Below, one piece after another: positions 8,752 through 17,442 of a DNA stretch of 64,000 nucleotides (positions are counted from its first letter, which is position 1; each line of letters begins with the position of its first letter). The stretch spans positions 8,864-72,863 of the forward strand of contig CALXDM010000007.1 in NCBI GenBank assembly GCA_944387065.1. The letters run 5' to 3'. A program made the position numbers and the translations under genes. Below the pieces are notes generated by a model. That model ran no database searches. It was given only the letters and a program-made list of their open reading frames with translations, and was not told the origin of the DNA. Source of the stretch: an uncultured Oscillospiraceae bacterium (GTDB lineage Bacteria; Bacillota; Clostridia; Oscillospirales; Oscillospiraceae).

Positions 8752-9924
8752 ATGCAAGAGCTAGAACTGAAGTACGGCTGCAATCCCAATCAGAAACCCG
8801 CCCGGATCTTCATGCAGCAGGGGGAACTGCCCCTCACGGTGCTCAACGGCAAGCCGGGCTATATCAACTTTATGGACGCGCTCAACTCCTGGCAGCTGGT
8901 CAAGTCGCTGAAGAAGGCCACCGGCCTGGCCTGCGCCGCCTCCTTCAAGCACGTCTCCCCCGCCGGCGCCGCCCTGGGCACCGAGCTGACCGAAGTGGAG
9001 CGGCAGATCTACTTTGCCGACGGCTTGGACACCTCCCCCATTGCTCGGGCCTACATCAAGGCCCGGGGGGCCGACCGGCTATGCTCCTACGGCGACTGGG
9101 CCGCCCTGAGCGAAATCTGCGACGAGCCCACTGCCCGCTTCCTGGCCCTGGAGGTGTCCGACGGGGTCATCGCCCCCGGCTATACCGACGCGGCCCTGGC
9201 CATCCTCAAGGCCAAGAAGAAGGGAGCCTACAATGTGGTGCAGATCGACCCCACCTATGAGCCCGCTCCCATCGAGCTGCGCCACATCTACGGCGTCACC
9301 TTCCAGCAGGGCTACAACAGCTTTGAGATCCATGAGGGGCTGCTGGACAACCTGGTGACCCAGAACAAGGACCTGCCCCCCCAGGCCAAGCACGACCTGC
9401 TGCTGGCCCTCATCACCCTGAAATACACCCAGTCCAATTCGGTGTGCTATGTGAAGAACGGCCAGACCATCGGCGTGGGCGCGGGACAGCAGAGCCGCAT
9501 CCACTGCACCCGCCTGGCTGGCAGCAAGGCGGACAACTGGATGCTGCGCCAGCACCCCAAGGTGTTAGGCCTGCAGTTTGTGGAGGGCATCCACCGGCCC
9601 AACCGGGACAACGCCATCGACGTGTATCTCTCCGATGAATACGAGGACGTGCTGGCCGACGGGGTGTGGCAGCAGACCTTCCAGGTGCGTCCCGAGCCCC
9701 TCACGCAGGAAGAGAAGCGGGCCTGGATCGCCACCATGCAGGACGTCAGCCTGGGTTCTGACGCCTTCTTCCCCTTTGGGGACAATGTGGAGCGGGCCCA
9801 TCGCTCCGGGGTGCGGTATATCGCCCAGCCCGGCGGCTCCATCCGGGACGACCACGTCATTGCAACCTGCGACCAGTACGGCATCGCCATGGCCTTCACC
9901 GGGATGCGGCTGTTCCACCACTGA
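8752..9924 (+). CDS. purH: AICAR transformylase (PurH C-terminal part only)
   Basis: LKYGCNPNQ, SFKHVSPAGAA, KYTQSNSV, GVGAGQQSRIHC, SDAFFPF, MRLFHH; lacks MGS-like cyclohydrolase N-domain. Confidence 0.93.
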   Translation: MQELELKYGCNPNQKPARIFMQQGELPLTVLNGKPGYINFMDALNSWQLVKSLKKATGLACAASFKHVSPAGAALGTELTEVERQIYFADGLDTSPIARAYIKARGADRLCSYGDWAALSEICDEPTARFLALEVSDGVIAPGYTDAALAILKAKKKGAYNVVQIDPTYEPAPIELRHIYGVTFQQGYNSFEIHEGLLDNLVTQNKDLPPQAKHDLLLALITLKYTQSNSVCYVKNGQTIGVGAGQQSRIHCTRLAGSKADNWMLRQHPKVLGLQFVEGIHRPNRDNAIDVYLSDEYEDVLADGVWQQTFQVRPEPLTQEEKRAWIATMQDVSLGSDAFFPFGDNVERAHRSGVRYIAQPGGSIRDDHVIATCDQYGIAMAFTGMRLFHH

Positions 9925-10024
9925 ACCGGCAAGGCGGCGCTTCCCGCGCCAGCTCCCCCCTTCCAAGGGGACATGATTTGCTTGTTCCGCCCAGGGCGGA
10001 ACTTTGAGAGAAAGAGGTGCTTGC

Positions 10025-11284
10025 ATGAAGGTTTTGGTTGTGGGGGGCGGCGGGCGGGAGCACGCCATCTGCTGGAAGCTGGCCCAGTCCCCCAAGGTAA
10101 CTCAGCTGTACTGCGCGCCCGGCAACGCCGGTATCGCCCAGGTGGCCCAGTGCGTAGACATCCAGGCCACCGATGTGAACGGTATGGTGTCCTGGGCCCG
10201 GGACAACGCCATGGATTTCGTCGTGGTCGCCCCCGACGATCCCCTGGCCCTGGGCATGGTGGATGCCCTGGAGGCCGCCGGCATCCCCGCTTTCGGCCCT
10301 CGGGCCAACGCCGCGATCATCGAAGCCAGCAAGGCCTTCTCCAAGGAATTGATGCGGAAATACCACATCCCCACCGCCAAGTATCAGACCTTTACAGCCC
10401 TGGACCAGGCGCTGGCCTACATCGAGGCCCAAGGCGCTCCCATCGTGGTCAAGGCCGACGGCCTGGCCCTGGGCAAGGGGGTGGTGGTGGCCGCCACGGT
10501 GGAGGAGGCCAAGCAGGCCGCCCGGGAGATGATGGAGGACAAAAAGTTTGGCCCATCCGGAGCCACTGTGGTCATCGAGGCGTGCATGACCGGCCCCGAG
10601 GTGACCGTGCTGGCCTTTACCGATGGGAAAACCGTGGTGCCCATGCCGGCCAGCCAGGACCATAAGCGGGCCTACGACGGCAACCGGGGTCCCAACACCG
10701 GCGGCATGGGTGCCATCTCCCCCCCGCCCCAGTACACCCCGCAGATCGCCCAGCGGTGCATGGAGGAAATCTTCCGCCCCACCATTGACGCCCTCCGGGC
10801 GGAAGACCGTCCCTTCCAGGGAGTGCTCTACTTTGGCCTAATGCTCACCCCGGAGGGCCCCAAAGTGGTGGAGTACAACGCCCGTTTTGGCGACCCGGAG
10901 TGCCAGGTGGTGCTCTCCCTGCTGGAAAGCGACCTGATGGACATCTTTCAAGCCTGCGTGGACGGCACGCTGGACCGGCTGGATATTCGGTGGAAGCAGG
11001 CGGCGGGCTGCGTGGTGGTTCTGGCCAGCGGCGGCTACCCCCTGGACTACCAAAAGGGCTACCCCATCTCCGGCCTGGAGGAGGCGGGCAGGGCCGCCAC
11101 CGTGTTCCATGCCGGCACCAAGCTGGGCTCTCAGGGGGAATATCTCACCAACGGCGGCCGGGTGCTGGGGGTCACCGCCACCGCCCCTACCTTGGACGGG
11201 GCCATTTCCACAGCCTACACCGCCGCAAAGTCTATTCACTTTACGGATATGCACCTGCGCACCGACATCGGCCGCGCCTTTTAA
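10025..11284 (+). CDS. purD: GAR synthetase
   Basis: LVVGGGGREHA, PGNAG, VKADGLALGKGV, GPNTGGMG, EYNARFGDPE, GGRVL. Confidence 0.97.
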   Translation: MKVLVVGGGGREHAICWKLAQSPKVTQLYCAPGNAGIAQVAQCVDIQATDVNGMVSWARDNAMDFVVVAPDDPLALGMVDALEAAGIPAFGPRANAAIIEASKAFSKELMRKYHIPTAKYQTFTALDQALAYIEAQGAPIVVKADGLALGKGVVVAATVEEAKQAAREMMEDKKFGPSGATVVIEACMTGPEVTVLAFTDGKTVVPMPASQDHKRAYDGNRGPNTGGMGAISPPPQYTPQIAQRCMEEIFRPTIDALRAEDRPFQGVLYFGLMLTPEGPKVVEYNARFGDPECQVVLSLLESDLMDIFQACVDGTLDRLDIRWKQAAGCVVVLASGGYPLDYQKGYPISGLEEAGRAATVFHAGTKLGSQGEYLTNGGRVLGVTATAPTLDGAISTAYTAAKSIHFTDMHLRTDIGRAF

Positions 11285-11305
11285 TCCGCGCAAGACCATC
11301 TACAA

Positions 11306-11347
11306 GACAGGGCAAGGGCCGGGGACTCCCCCGGCCCTTGCCCTGTC
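11306..11347. terminator. Bidirectional terminator between convergent purD and ABC permease
   Basis: Perfect 19-bp stem gacagggcaagggccgggg / ccccggcccttgccctgtc, 4-nt loop. Confidence 0.7.
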
Positions 11348-11378
11348 CGCTCTCCCGCTCCGCCCACAGGTACGCCGC

Positions 11379-12239
11379 TCAGTACTGCCGGAGCCGCCGG
11401 GACATCTTGAGGATAGCCAGCAGGTAAAACACCACCCCGGTGGCCAGCAGCACCAGCGCGTGTACCCACCACGCCGCCTCCCACTGGCCATACCAGAACG
11501 TCACACCCATTTGCTCCTCGAACTCGGTCAGGGCCTGCTCAGGCAGTTGTGCGAAGTCCGCCTGAATCCCCGGCCCCATCAGAAGCTGCCGGAACAGCAC
11601 CGCGGCATGGGCGCAGGGGAAGCACTTGATCACCCATTGGACGCCGGTTGGCAGCTCGCCGACGTTGATATAGGCCCCCACCAAAAATCCGATCAGCGTA
11701 CCCAGCAGGATGCTGGCCGTGGTGTACGCGCCCCCCGTTTTGAGGAAGGAAATGAGAAAGCACACCATGGCGCTGGAAGCAAAGCAGGAGAGCAGGATCA
11801 CCCCCAGCACCTGAAGCAGGGTGACTGGGCTGATCCACGCCCCGCCCCGGGCCACGAGATAGATCTGCCCAAACAGGAGGGTAAGCAGAGACATCGCCAC
11901 GCTGACCAGGAACCCGGTGCACAGGTAGCCCCCGGCGATGCCGCTCCGCCTCAGAGGGGAGGCATAGAAGTCCTTGACACACTTCTGCTCCCGGTCTGAC
12001 ACCATCACCGCATAGGCGCCCATGCTGGTTGTGATCGCGCACGAGGCCAGCATCCCCGACACCACCCACGCGTCCATGATCTGGCCGGCGTGGCTGAGGA
12101 AGTCCAGCCCCCGGGTAATGGTGTCCCCAATGAAGAACAGGAATAGGCAGAAAATCACGATCACACCCAACAGGGAGAAGACCACCCCGCCGGCGTCCTT
12201 GAAGAAGAGCTTCAGCCCCCTCACCGTCATCTGCCTCAT
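11379..12239 (-). CDS. ABC-2-type exporter permease
   Basis: Six TM helices, DFYASPL.R motif; ATGA overlap with upstream ATPase. Confidence 0.85.
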   Translation of the reverse strand: MRQMTVRGLKLFFKDAGGVVFSLLGVIVIFCLFLFFIGDTITRGLDFLSHAGQIMDAWVVSGMLASCAITTSMGAYAVMVSDREQKCVKDFYASPLRRSGIAGGYLCTGFLVSVAMSLLTLLFGQIYLVARGGAWISPVTLLQVLGVILLSCFASSAMVCFLISFLKTGGAYTTASILLGTLIGFLVGAYINVGELPTGVQWVIKCFPCAHAAVLFRQLLMGPGIQADFAQLPEQALTEFEEQMGVTFWYGQWEAAWWVHALVLLATGVVFYLLAILKMSRRLRQY

Positions 12240-13156
12240 TCCCTCAGCTCCCTCCCCGTGATGTTAAGGAACACATCGTCCATGGTGCCGTGCACCACCT
12301 CAAAACCCTCCACCAGCTGGAGGATCGGCTGGAGAATGTCGATGGACTCCAGCGTCGACTGAAGGCGCACATCGATCAGCCCGTTCCCCTCCGTCCACAT
12401 CAGCCCCCGTTCCTCCAGGCGCGCCTTCAGCGCCTCCACCTGGTCTGGCTTGGCCTTGATCCTGATGTGGTCAAAGCTATAGGTTTCCTTTAATTGGTAG
12501 GGCGTCCCCCGGGCCACTATCCGCCCGTTGTCCATCACCACCACATAGTCGGCCTTGGCCGCTTCCTCCATGTAGTGGGTGGTCAGGAAGATGGTCATCC
12601 GGCTCTCGGAGCGCAGACCCTCCACCGTCTCCCAGATGTGGGCCCGGGTCTGGGGATCCAGACCGGTGGTGGGCTCGTCCAGAAATAGGATCTGGGGGGT
12701 GTTCAAAAGCGCCCGCGCAATATCCGCCCGGCGGCGTTGGCCCCCCGACAGCCTGCCGTAGGGCCGGTCCAGGAAGCCCTCCACCTGGGCATACCCCGCC
12801 GCCCGCTCCACCGCCCGCCGGCGCTCCGTCCGCTTCTTATCATAGAACCCAGACCGGATCCAGAGGTTTTCCCTCACGCTCAGCCGCTTGTCCAGCAGAT
12901 TGTCCTGAAAGACCACCCCAATGCGGCCGCGGATCTCGTCCGCCTGTCGGTCCAAGTCAAAGCCGGCGATGGCGACCTGGCCCGCGTCGTATCCGCACAG
13001 GGTGCATAAAATGTCAATCGTGGTGGACTTGCCCGCGCCGTTGGGCCCCAGGAAGGCAAACAGCGCCCCCTCCTCCACGGAGAAGTCAATGCCCTTGACC
13101 GCCTGAACCGCTCCAAAGGATTTTTTCAGCCCGGAAACGGTGATGATCTCGCCCAT
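12236..13156 (-). CDS. ABC exporter ATP-binding protein
   Basis: GPNGAGKST, LSGGQRRR, LDEPTTGLD, THYMEEA; SD ggaggag. Confidence 0.93.
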   Translation of the reverse strand: MGEIITVSGLKKSFGAVQAVKGIDFSVEEGALFAFLGPNGAGKSTTIDILCTLCGYDAGQVAIAGFDLDRQADEIRGRIGVVFQDNLLDKRLSVRENLWIRSGFYDKKRTERRRAVERAAGYAQVEGFLDRPYGRLSGGQRRRADIARALLNTPQILFLDEPTTGLDPQTRAHIWETVEGLRSESRMTIFLTTHYMEEAAKADYVVVMDNGRIVARGTPYQLKETYSFDHIRIKAKPDQVEALKARLEERGLMWTEGNGLIDVRLQSTLESIDILQPILQLVEGFEVVHGTMDDVFLNITGRELRE

Positions 13157-13250
13157 GCCCAATCTCCTCCCCCGCTGCGCCCTACTGCCGGGCCGGTAGA
13201 CGGCTTTCCCTTGCCGCCCTACGGAGCGCGTTTGTCTCTTCAGTTTACCC

Positions 13251-13279
13251 AGTTTATCATTTTATTTTTCCCCACGCAA
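13251..13279 (-). promoter_or_regulatory. Probable sigmaA promoter of ABC exporter
   Basis: TTGCGT-N17-TAAACT with extended TG. Confidence 0.45.
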
Positions 13280-13363
13280 CTTACGAGTGTCGCCTTATGT
13301 CGATTCTTCTTTTTGCTTAAATCATATCAGTTTCCCCCCCCATAATTTTTGTCTATTTTGTCA

Positions 13364-13394
13364 GTTTCCTATGGCTAACCACGGATGATATAAT
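13364..13394 (+). promoter_or_regulatory. Extended -10 promoter of siderophore operon with overlapping operator
   Basis: TGaTATAAT at 13386-13394; degenerate palindrome gtttcc-tatg-gctaac at 13364-13379 covers the -35 position. Confidence 0.55.
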
Positions 13395-13450
13395 GGTTCA
13401 TATGCACGGAGGGCGTATCTGGCCCTGACGCGCATCTTTTTTCTACAGAA

Positions 13451-13466
13451 GTTAGTTGTTGCTAAT
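13451..13466. promoter_or_regulatory. Second operator-like palindrome upstream of siderophore permease
   Basis: gttagt-tgtt-gctaat, 16/19 identity with the extended site at 47617-47635. Confidence 0.55.
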
Positions 13467-13506
13467 CGACAAACGGCGATCCCGCGCCCAAAAGGAGGAG
13501 TCTACA

Positions 13507-14550
13507 ATCAAACGGTATCTGACCACCATCCTGCTGTCCCTGTTCCTGCTGATCCTATCGGTCTGGTCCCTGTTCATCGGGGTCATCGACCTGGAGCTGT
13601 CCACCCTGCTCAACGGCAACCTGGAGCAGCTCAAGATCTTTCTCGTCTCCCGCCTGCCCCGGCTGCTGGCCATCCTGTGCACCGGCGTGGGCATGAGCGT
13701 GGCAGGGCTGATCATGCAGCAGCTGTGCCGGAACAAGTTCGTCTCTCCCACCACCGGGGCCACCATTTCCTCTGCCCAGTTCGGCATCCTGCTGGCCCTG
13801 CTGTTCATGCCCAACTCCACCTTGTGGGGGCGGGCCCTATTCGCCTTTGCCGCCGCCATCCTGGGCACCTGGATCTTCGTGTGGTTTATCCAGCGCATCC
13901 GATTCAAGGACGTGATCATGGTCCCCCTGGTGGGCATCATGTTCGGTAACGTCATCGGCGGCATCACCAACTACCTGGCCTATCAGTATGAGATGACCCA
14001 GGCCCTGTCCACCTGGCTGGTGGGGCACTTCTCCCTGGTGGTGCGCGGGCGGTTCGAGCTGGTCTACCTCATCGTTCCGCTGGTCATCCTGGCCTTCCTG
14101 TTTGCCAACCACTTCAATATCGTGGGCATGGGCAAGGATTTCTCCAAGAACCTGGGAGTGCCCTACAACCTGGTTCTGTTCGCCGGGCTGTCCATCGCCG
14201 CCATGATCACCGCCTCCGTGGTGGTCATCGTGGGCTCCATCTCTTACATCGGCCTGATCGTGCCCAACCTGGTGGCCATGTTCAAGGGCGACCGCATCCG
14301 GGGCACCCTGGTGGACACCGCCCTGTTCGGCGCCATCTTTGTGCTGGCGTGCGATATGCTCGCCCGGGTGGTCATCGCCCCCTACGAGCTGCCCATCGAG
14401 CTCATCGTGGGCATTCTGGGCAGCATCCTGTTCGTGGGCCTGCTGCTCTACCGGCTTCGCCGGGGCAACAAGGCCATCCGGCTGGGCTCTGCCCACAGCG
14501 GCGGCTGCGCCGCGGCCGTCTCCCAGGTGGAAGGGGGGGATGGGGCGTGA
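13507..14550 (+). CDS. Iron-siderophore ABC permease (YclN/FatD-like); start uncertain (ATC 13507 or TTG 13456)
   Basis: SRLPRLLAI, MQQLCRNKFVSPTT, GLIVPN; SD ggagg 8 nt before ATC. Confidence 0.88.
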   Translation: MKRYLTTILLSLFLLILSVWSLFIGVIDLELSTLLNGNLEQLKIFLVSRLPRLLAILCTGVGMSVAGLIMQQLCRNKFVSPTTGATISSAQFGILLALLFMPNSTLWGRALFAFAAAILGTWIFVWFIQRIRFKDVIMVPLVGIMFGNVIGGITNYLAYQYEMTQALSTWLVGHFSLVVRGRFELVYLIVPLVILAFLFANHFNIVGMGKDFSKNLGVPYNLVLFAGLSIAAMITASVVVIVGSISYIGLIVPNLVAMFKGDRIRGTLVDTALFGAIFVLACDMLARVVIAPYELPIELIVGILGSILFVGLLLYRLRRGNKAIRLGSAHSGGCAAAVSQVEGGDGA

Positions 14551-15542
14551 GCGCGAACACCCATACCAAGCCCTACGCCACCGCTGCCCGGCGTGCCAAC
14601 GCCCGCAAGCTGGCCATCATGGCCGTGCTGGTGCTGGCGGCGGCTGCGGCCTACCTGTTGGTAGAGGTCAACCCCCGGTACTTCTCCTACGCCATGAGTC
14701 TGCGCGTGCCCAAGCTCATCGTCATGCTCATCGCGGCCTTTGCCATCGGCGGGGCGTCCATTGTGTTCCAGTCCGTCATCAACAACATCATCGTCACCCC
14801 CTGTCTGCTGGGGATGAACTCCCTGTATACCCTGATCCACACCGCGGTGGTCTTTGTGGCCGGCTCGGGCAGCATCCTGGCCATCAACGCCAACGTCTCC
14901 TTCGCCGTGGACCTGGTCCTCATGGGCATCGCGGCCACCTTGATCTATGGCTACCTGTTCAGAAAGACCAACCACAACGTGCTGTATGTGCTGCTCATCG
15001 GCACGGTGCTCACCTCCTTCTTTGGCAGCATTCAGTCCACCCTCACCCGGGTGATGGACCCCAATGAGTACGACTCCCTGCTGTCCACCCTGGTGGCCAG
15101 TTTCAGCAACGTCAATTCGGAGATCATCCTCTTTTCCCTGGTGGTGCTGGCCATCCTCATCTTCGTGCTGCGCCGGGACCTGGCCCTACTGGATGTGCTC
15201 ACCCTGGGCAAGGCCCAGGCCATCAACCTGGGGGTGGACTACGACCGGAGCATCCGCCGGCTGCTGCTGGGGGTGACCCTGGCCATCGCCGTGGCCACCG
15301 CCATGGTGGGGCCCATCTCCTTCATGGGGCTGATCATCGCCAACCTGTCCCGCCAGCTGCTCAAGACCTACCGGCACAGCCAGCTCATCCTGGGCTCGGT
15401 CTTCTTTGGCATGATCATCCTGGTAGCCGGCCAGCTCATTGTGGAGCACGTATATACCTATGCCATTCCCATCAGCGTATTTATCACCGTGGGCGGCGGG
15501 ATCTACTTCCTGTACCTGCTGCTCACCAGACGGAGGATTTGA
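14547..15542 (+). CDS. Iron-siderophore ABC permease (YclO/FatC-like)
   Basis: FQSVINNIIVTPCLLG, LGKAQAINLGVDY, VGPISFMGL; GTGA overlap. Confidence 0.9.
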   Translation: MSANTHTKPYATAARRANARKLAIMAVLVLAAAAAYLLVEVNPRYFSYAMSLRVPKLIVMLIAAFAIGGASIVFQSVINNIIVTPCLLGMNSLYTLIHTAVVFVAGSGSILAINANVSFAVDLVLMGIAATLIYGYLFRKTNHNVLYVLLIGTVLTSFFGSIQSTLTRVMDPNEYDSLLSTLVASFSNVNSEIILFSLVVLAILIFVLRRDLALLDVLTLGKAQAINLGVDYDRSIRRLLLGVTLAIAVATAMVGPISFMGLIIANLSRQLLKTYRHSQLILGSVFFGMIILVAGQLIVEHVYTYAIPISVFITVGGGIYFLYLLLTRRRI

Positions 15543-15545
15543 TCT

Positions 15546-16298
15546 ATGAAAGTACAGCAGTTGACCAAGCAGTATGACGGAAAGGCGGTGGTGGACGGCG
15601 TCACCTTTGAGATCCCAAAGGGCAAGGTCCTCTCCCTCATCGGCCCCAACGGGGCGGGCAAGTCCACCGTCATGGGCATGATCTCCCGGCTCATCGCCCG
15701 GGACGCGGGGCTGGTGGACTTTGACGGGCGGGACATCGCCAAGTGGAAGAGCAAGGAGCTGTCCAAGCGCCTGGCCATCCTCACCCAGAGCAACCAGATC
15801 CAGATGAAGCTCACCGTGCGGGAGCTGGTGGCCTTCGGCCGCTTCCCCTACTCCGCCGGGCGCAACACCCCGGAGGACGAGACTATCATCGACCAGGCCA
15901 TCTCCTATATGGAGCTGGAACCCTTCCAGGACCGGTTCATCGACGAGCTGTCCGGCGGCCAGCGCCAGCGAGCCATGATCGCCATGGTCATCGCCCAGGA
16001 CACGGAATACATCCTGCTGGATGAGCCCACCAACAACCTGGACATCTACCACGCCACCAACATGATGAAGATCGTGCGCAGGCTGTGTGACGAGCTGGGC
16101 AAGACGGTGATCCTGGTGCTCCACGAGATCAACTATGCCGCCTTCTACTCCGACTACATCTGCGCCTTCCGGGATGGAAAGATCGCCAAGTTTGGCACTG
16201 TAAAGGAGGTGATGACCCGGGAAGTGCTCTCCCAGATCTACCAGGTGGACTTTGAGATCATGGAGATCGAGGGCAAGCCCCTGTCCATCTACTACTAA
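15546..16298 (+). CDS. Iron-siderophore ABC ATPase (YclP/FatE-like)
   Basis: GPNGAGKST, LSGGQRQR, LDEPTNNLD, VLHEIN. Confidence 0.93.
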   Translation: MKVQQLTKQYDGKAVVDGVTFEIPKGKVLSLIGPNGAGKSTVMGMISRLIARDAGLVDFDGRDIAKWKSKELSKRLAILTQSNQIQMKLTVRELVAFGRFPYSAGRNTPEDETIIDQAISYMELEPFQDRFIDELSGGQRQRAMIAMVIAQDTEYILLDEPTNNLDIYHATNMMKIVRRLCDELGKTVILVLHEINYAAFYSDYICAFRDGKIAKFGTVKEVMTREVLSQIYQVDFEIMEIEGKPLSIYY

Positions 16299-16352
16299 AC
16301 CCCCGCATTGACTCATCTGGATGTTTCAATCAGAAAGAAGGAGTGTTTTACC

Positions 16353-17363
16353 ATGAAAAAGCTTGCTTCCCTCATCCTGGCCCTGGTCATGCTGACGGCC
16401 CTGGCCGCCTGCGGCAACCCCAGCGGCGATCCCTCCCCCTCCCCTTCCGCCAGCGCGGACGCCTCCAGCTCCGCCTCCCCCTCCGCCACGGAGGTGACCA
16501 TCACCAGCCTGAACGGTAGCGGGGAAGAAGTGGAGCTCACCGTCCCCTATGACCCCCAGCGCATCGCCATCCTGGACATGGCCAGCCTGGACATCCTGGA
16601 CGCGCTGGGCGTGGGCGACCGGGTGGTGGGCACTGCCTCCACCAGCCTGGACTACCTCCAGACGTACATCAGCGATGAGATCGCCAACCTGGGCACCATC
16701 AAGGAGGCCGACCTGGAAGCCGTCATGGCCTGTGAGCCCGACGTGATCTTCATCGGCGGCCGCCTGGCCAGCTCCTACGACGCGCTCAGCGAGATCGCCC
16801 CTGTGATCTATCTGTCCACCGACACCGAGCTGGGCGTGGTGGAGAGCGTACGCCAAAACGCCACCACCATCGCCTCCATCTTTGGCCTGGAGGATGAGGT
16901 GGACGCCCTCATGGCCGACTTTGACAGCCGTGTCGAGGCTCTAGCCGCCTTCGCCGCCGACTACAACGCCATCGTGGGACTGGTCACCAGCGGCAGCTTC
17001 AACGTGCTGGGTAACGACGGGCGCTGCTCCATCATCGGCCGGGAGATCGGCTTTGAGAACGCGGGTGTGGACGCCAACGTGGACACCTCCACCCACGGCA
17101 ACGAGGCCTCCTTCGAGTTCATCGTGGAGAAGGACCCTGACTACATCTTTGTGCTGGACCGGGACGCCGCCATCCAGACCGAGGGCGCCCAGCTGGCCCA
17201 GGAGATCATGGAGAATGAGCTGGTCATGGGCACCCGGGCCTACCAGGAGGGCAATATCGTCTACCTGGCCCATCCCGCCGTATGGTACACTGCCGAGGGC
17301 GGCATCACCGCGCTGGACCTGATGCTCCAGGACCTGGAGAGCGAGCTGCTTTCCAACGCCTGA
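16353..17363 (+). CDS. Siderophore-binding lipoprotein (YclQ/FatB/CeuE-like)
   Basis: Lipobox LAAC; GTIKEADLE, PDVIFIGGR, STHGNEASFE, PDYIFVLDRD. Confidence 0.9.
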   Translation: MKKLASLILALVMLTALAACGNPSGDPSPSPSASADASSSASPSATEVTITSLNGSGEEVELTVPYDPQRIAILDMASLDILDALGVGDRVVGTASTSLDYLQTYISDEIANLGTIKEADLEAVMACEPDVIFIGGRLASSYDALSEIAPVIYLSTDTELGVVESVRQNATTIASIFGLEDEVDALMADFDSRVEALAAFAADYNAIVGLVTSGSFNVLGNDGRCSIIGREIGFENAGVDANVDTSTHGNEASFEFIVEKDPDYIFVLDRDAAIQTEGAQLAQEIMENELVMGTRAYQEGNIVYLAHPAVWYTAEGGITALDLMLQDLESELLSNA

Positions 17364-17383
17364 TTCCGGCGCTGCATCGACAC

Positions 17384-17424
17384 AAGGCCGGGTCCTTCCC
17401 CCAATGGGGGAAGGACCCGGCCTT
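17384..17424. terminator. Bidirectional terminator
   Basis: Perfect 19-bp stem aaggccgggtccttccccc / gggggaaggacccggcctt between convergent genes. Confidence 0.7.
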
Positions 17425-17442
17425 TGCTCATCCTGCGGAAGA

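Noticed and set aside
13280-13500. Fur box upstream of iron transporters
   Set aside because: No 19-bp GATAATGATAATCATTATC-like site is seen here or at 47520-47840.
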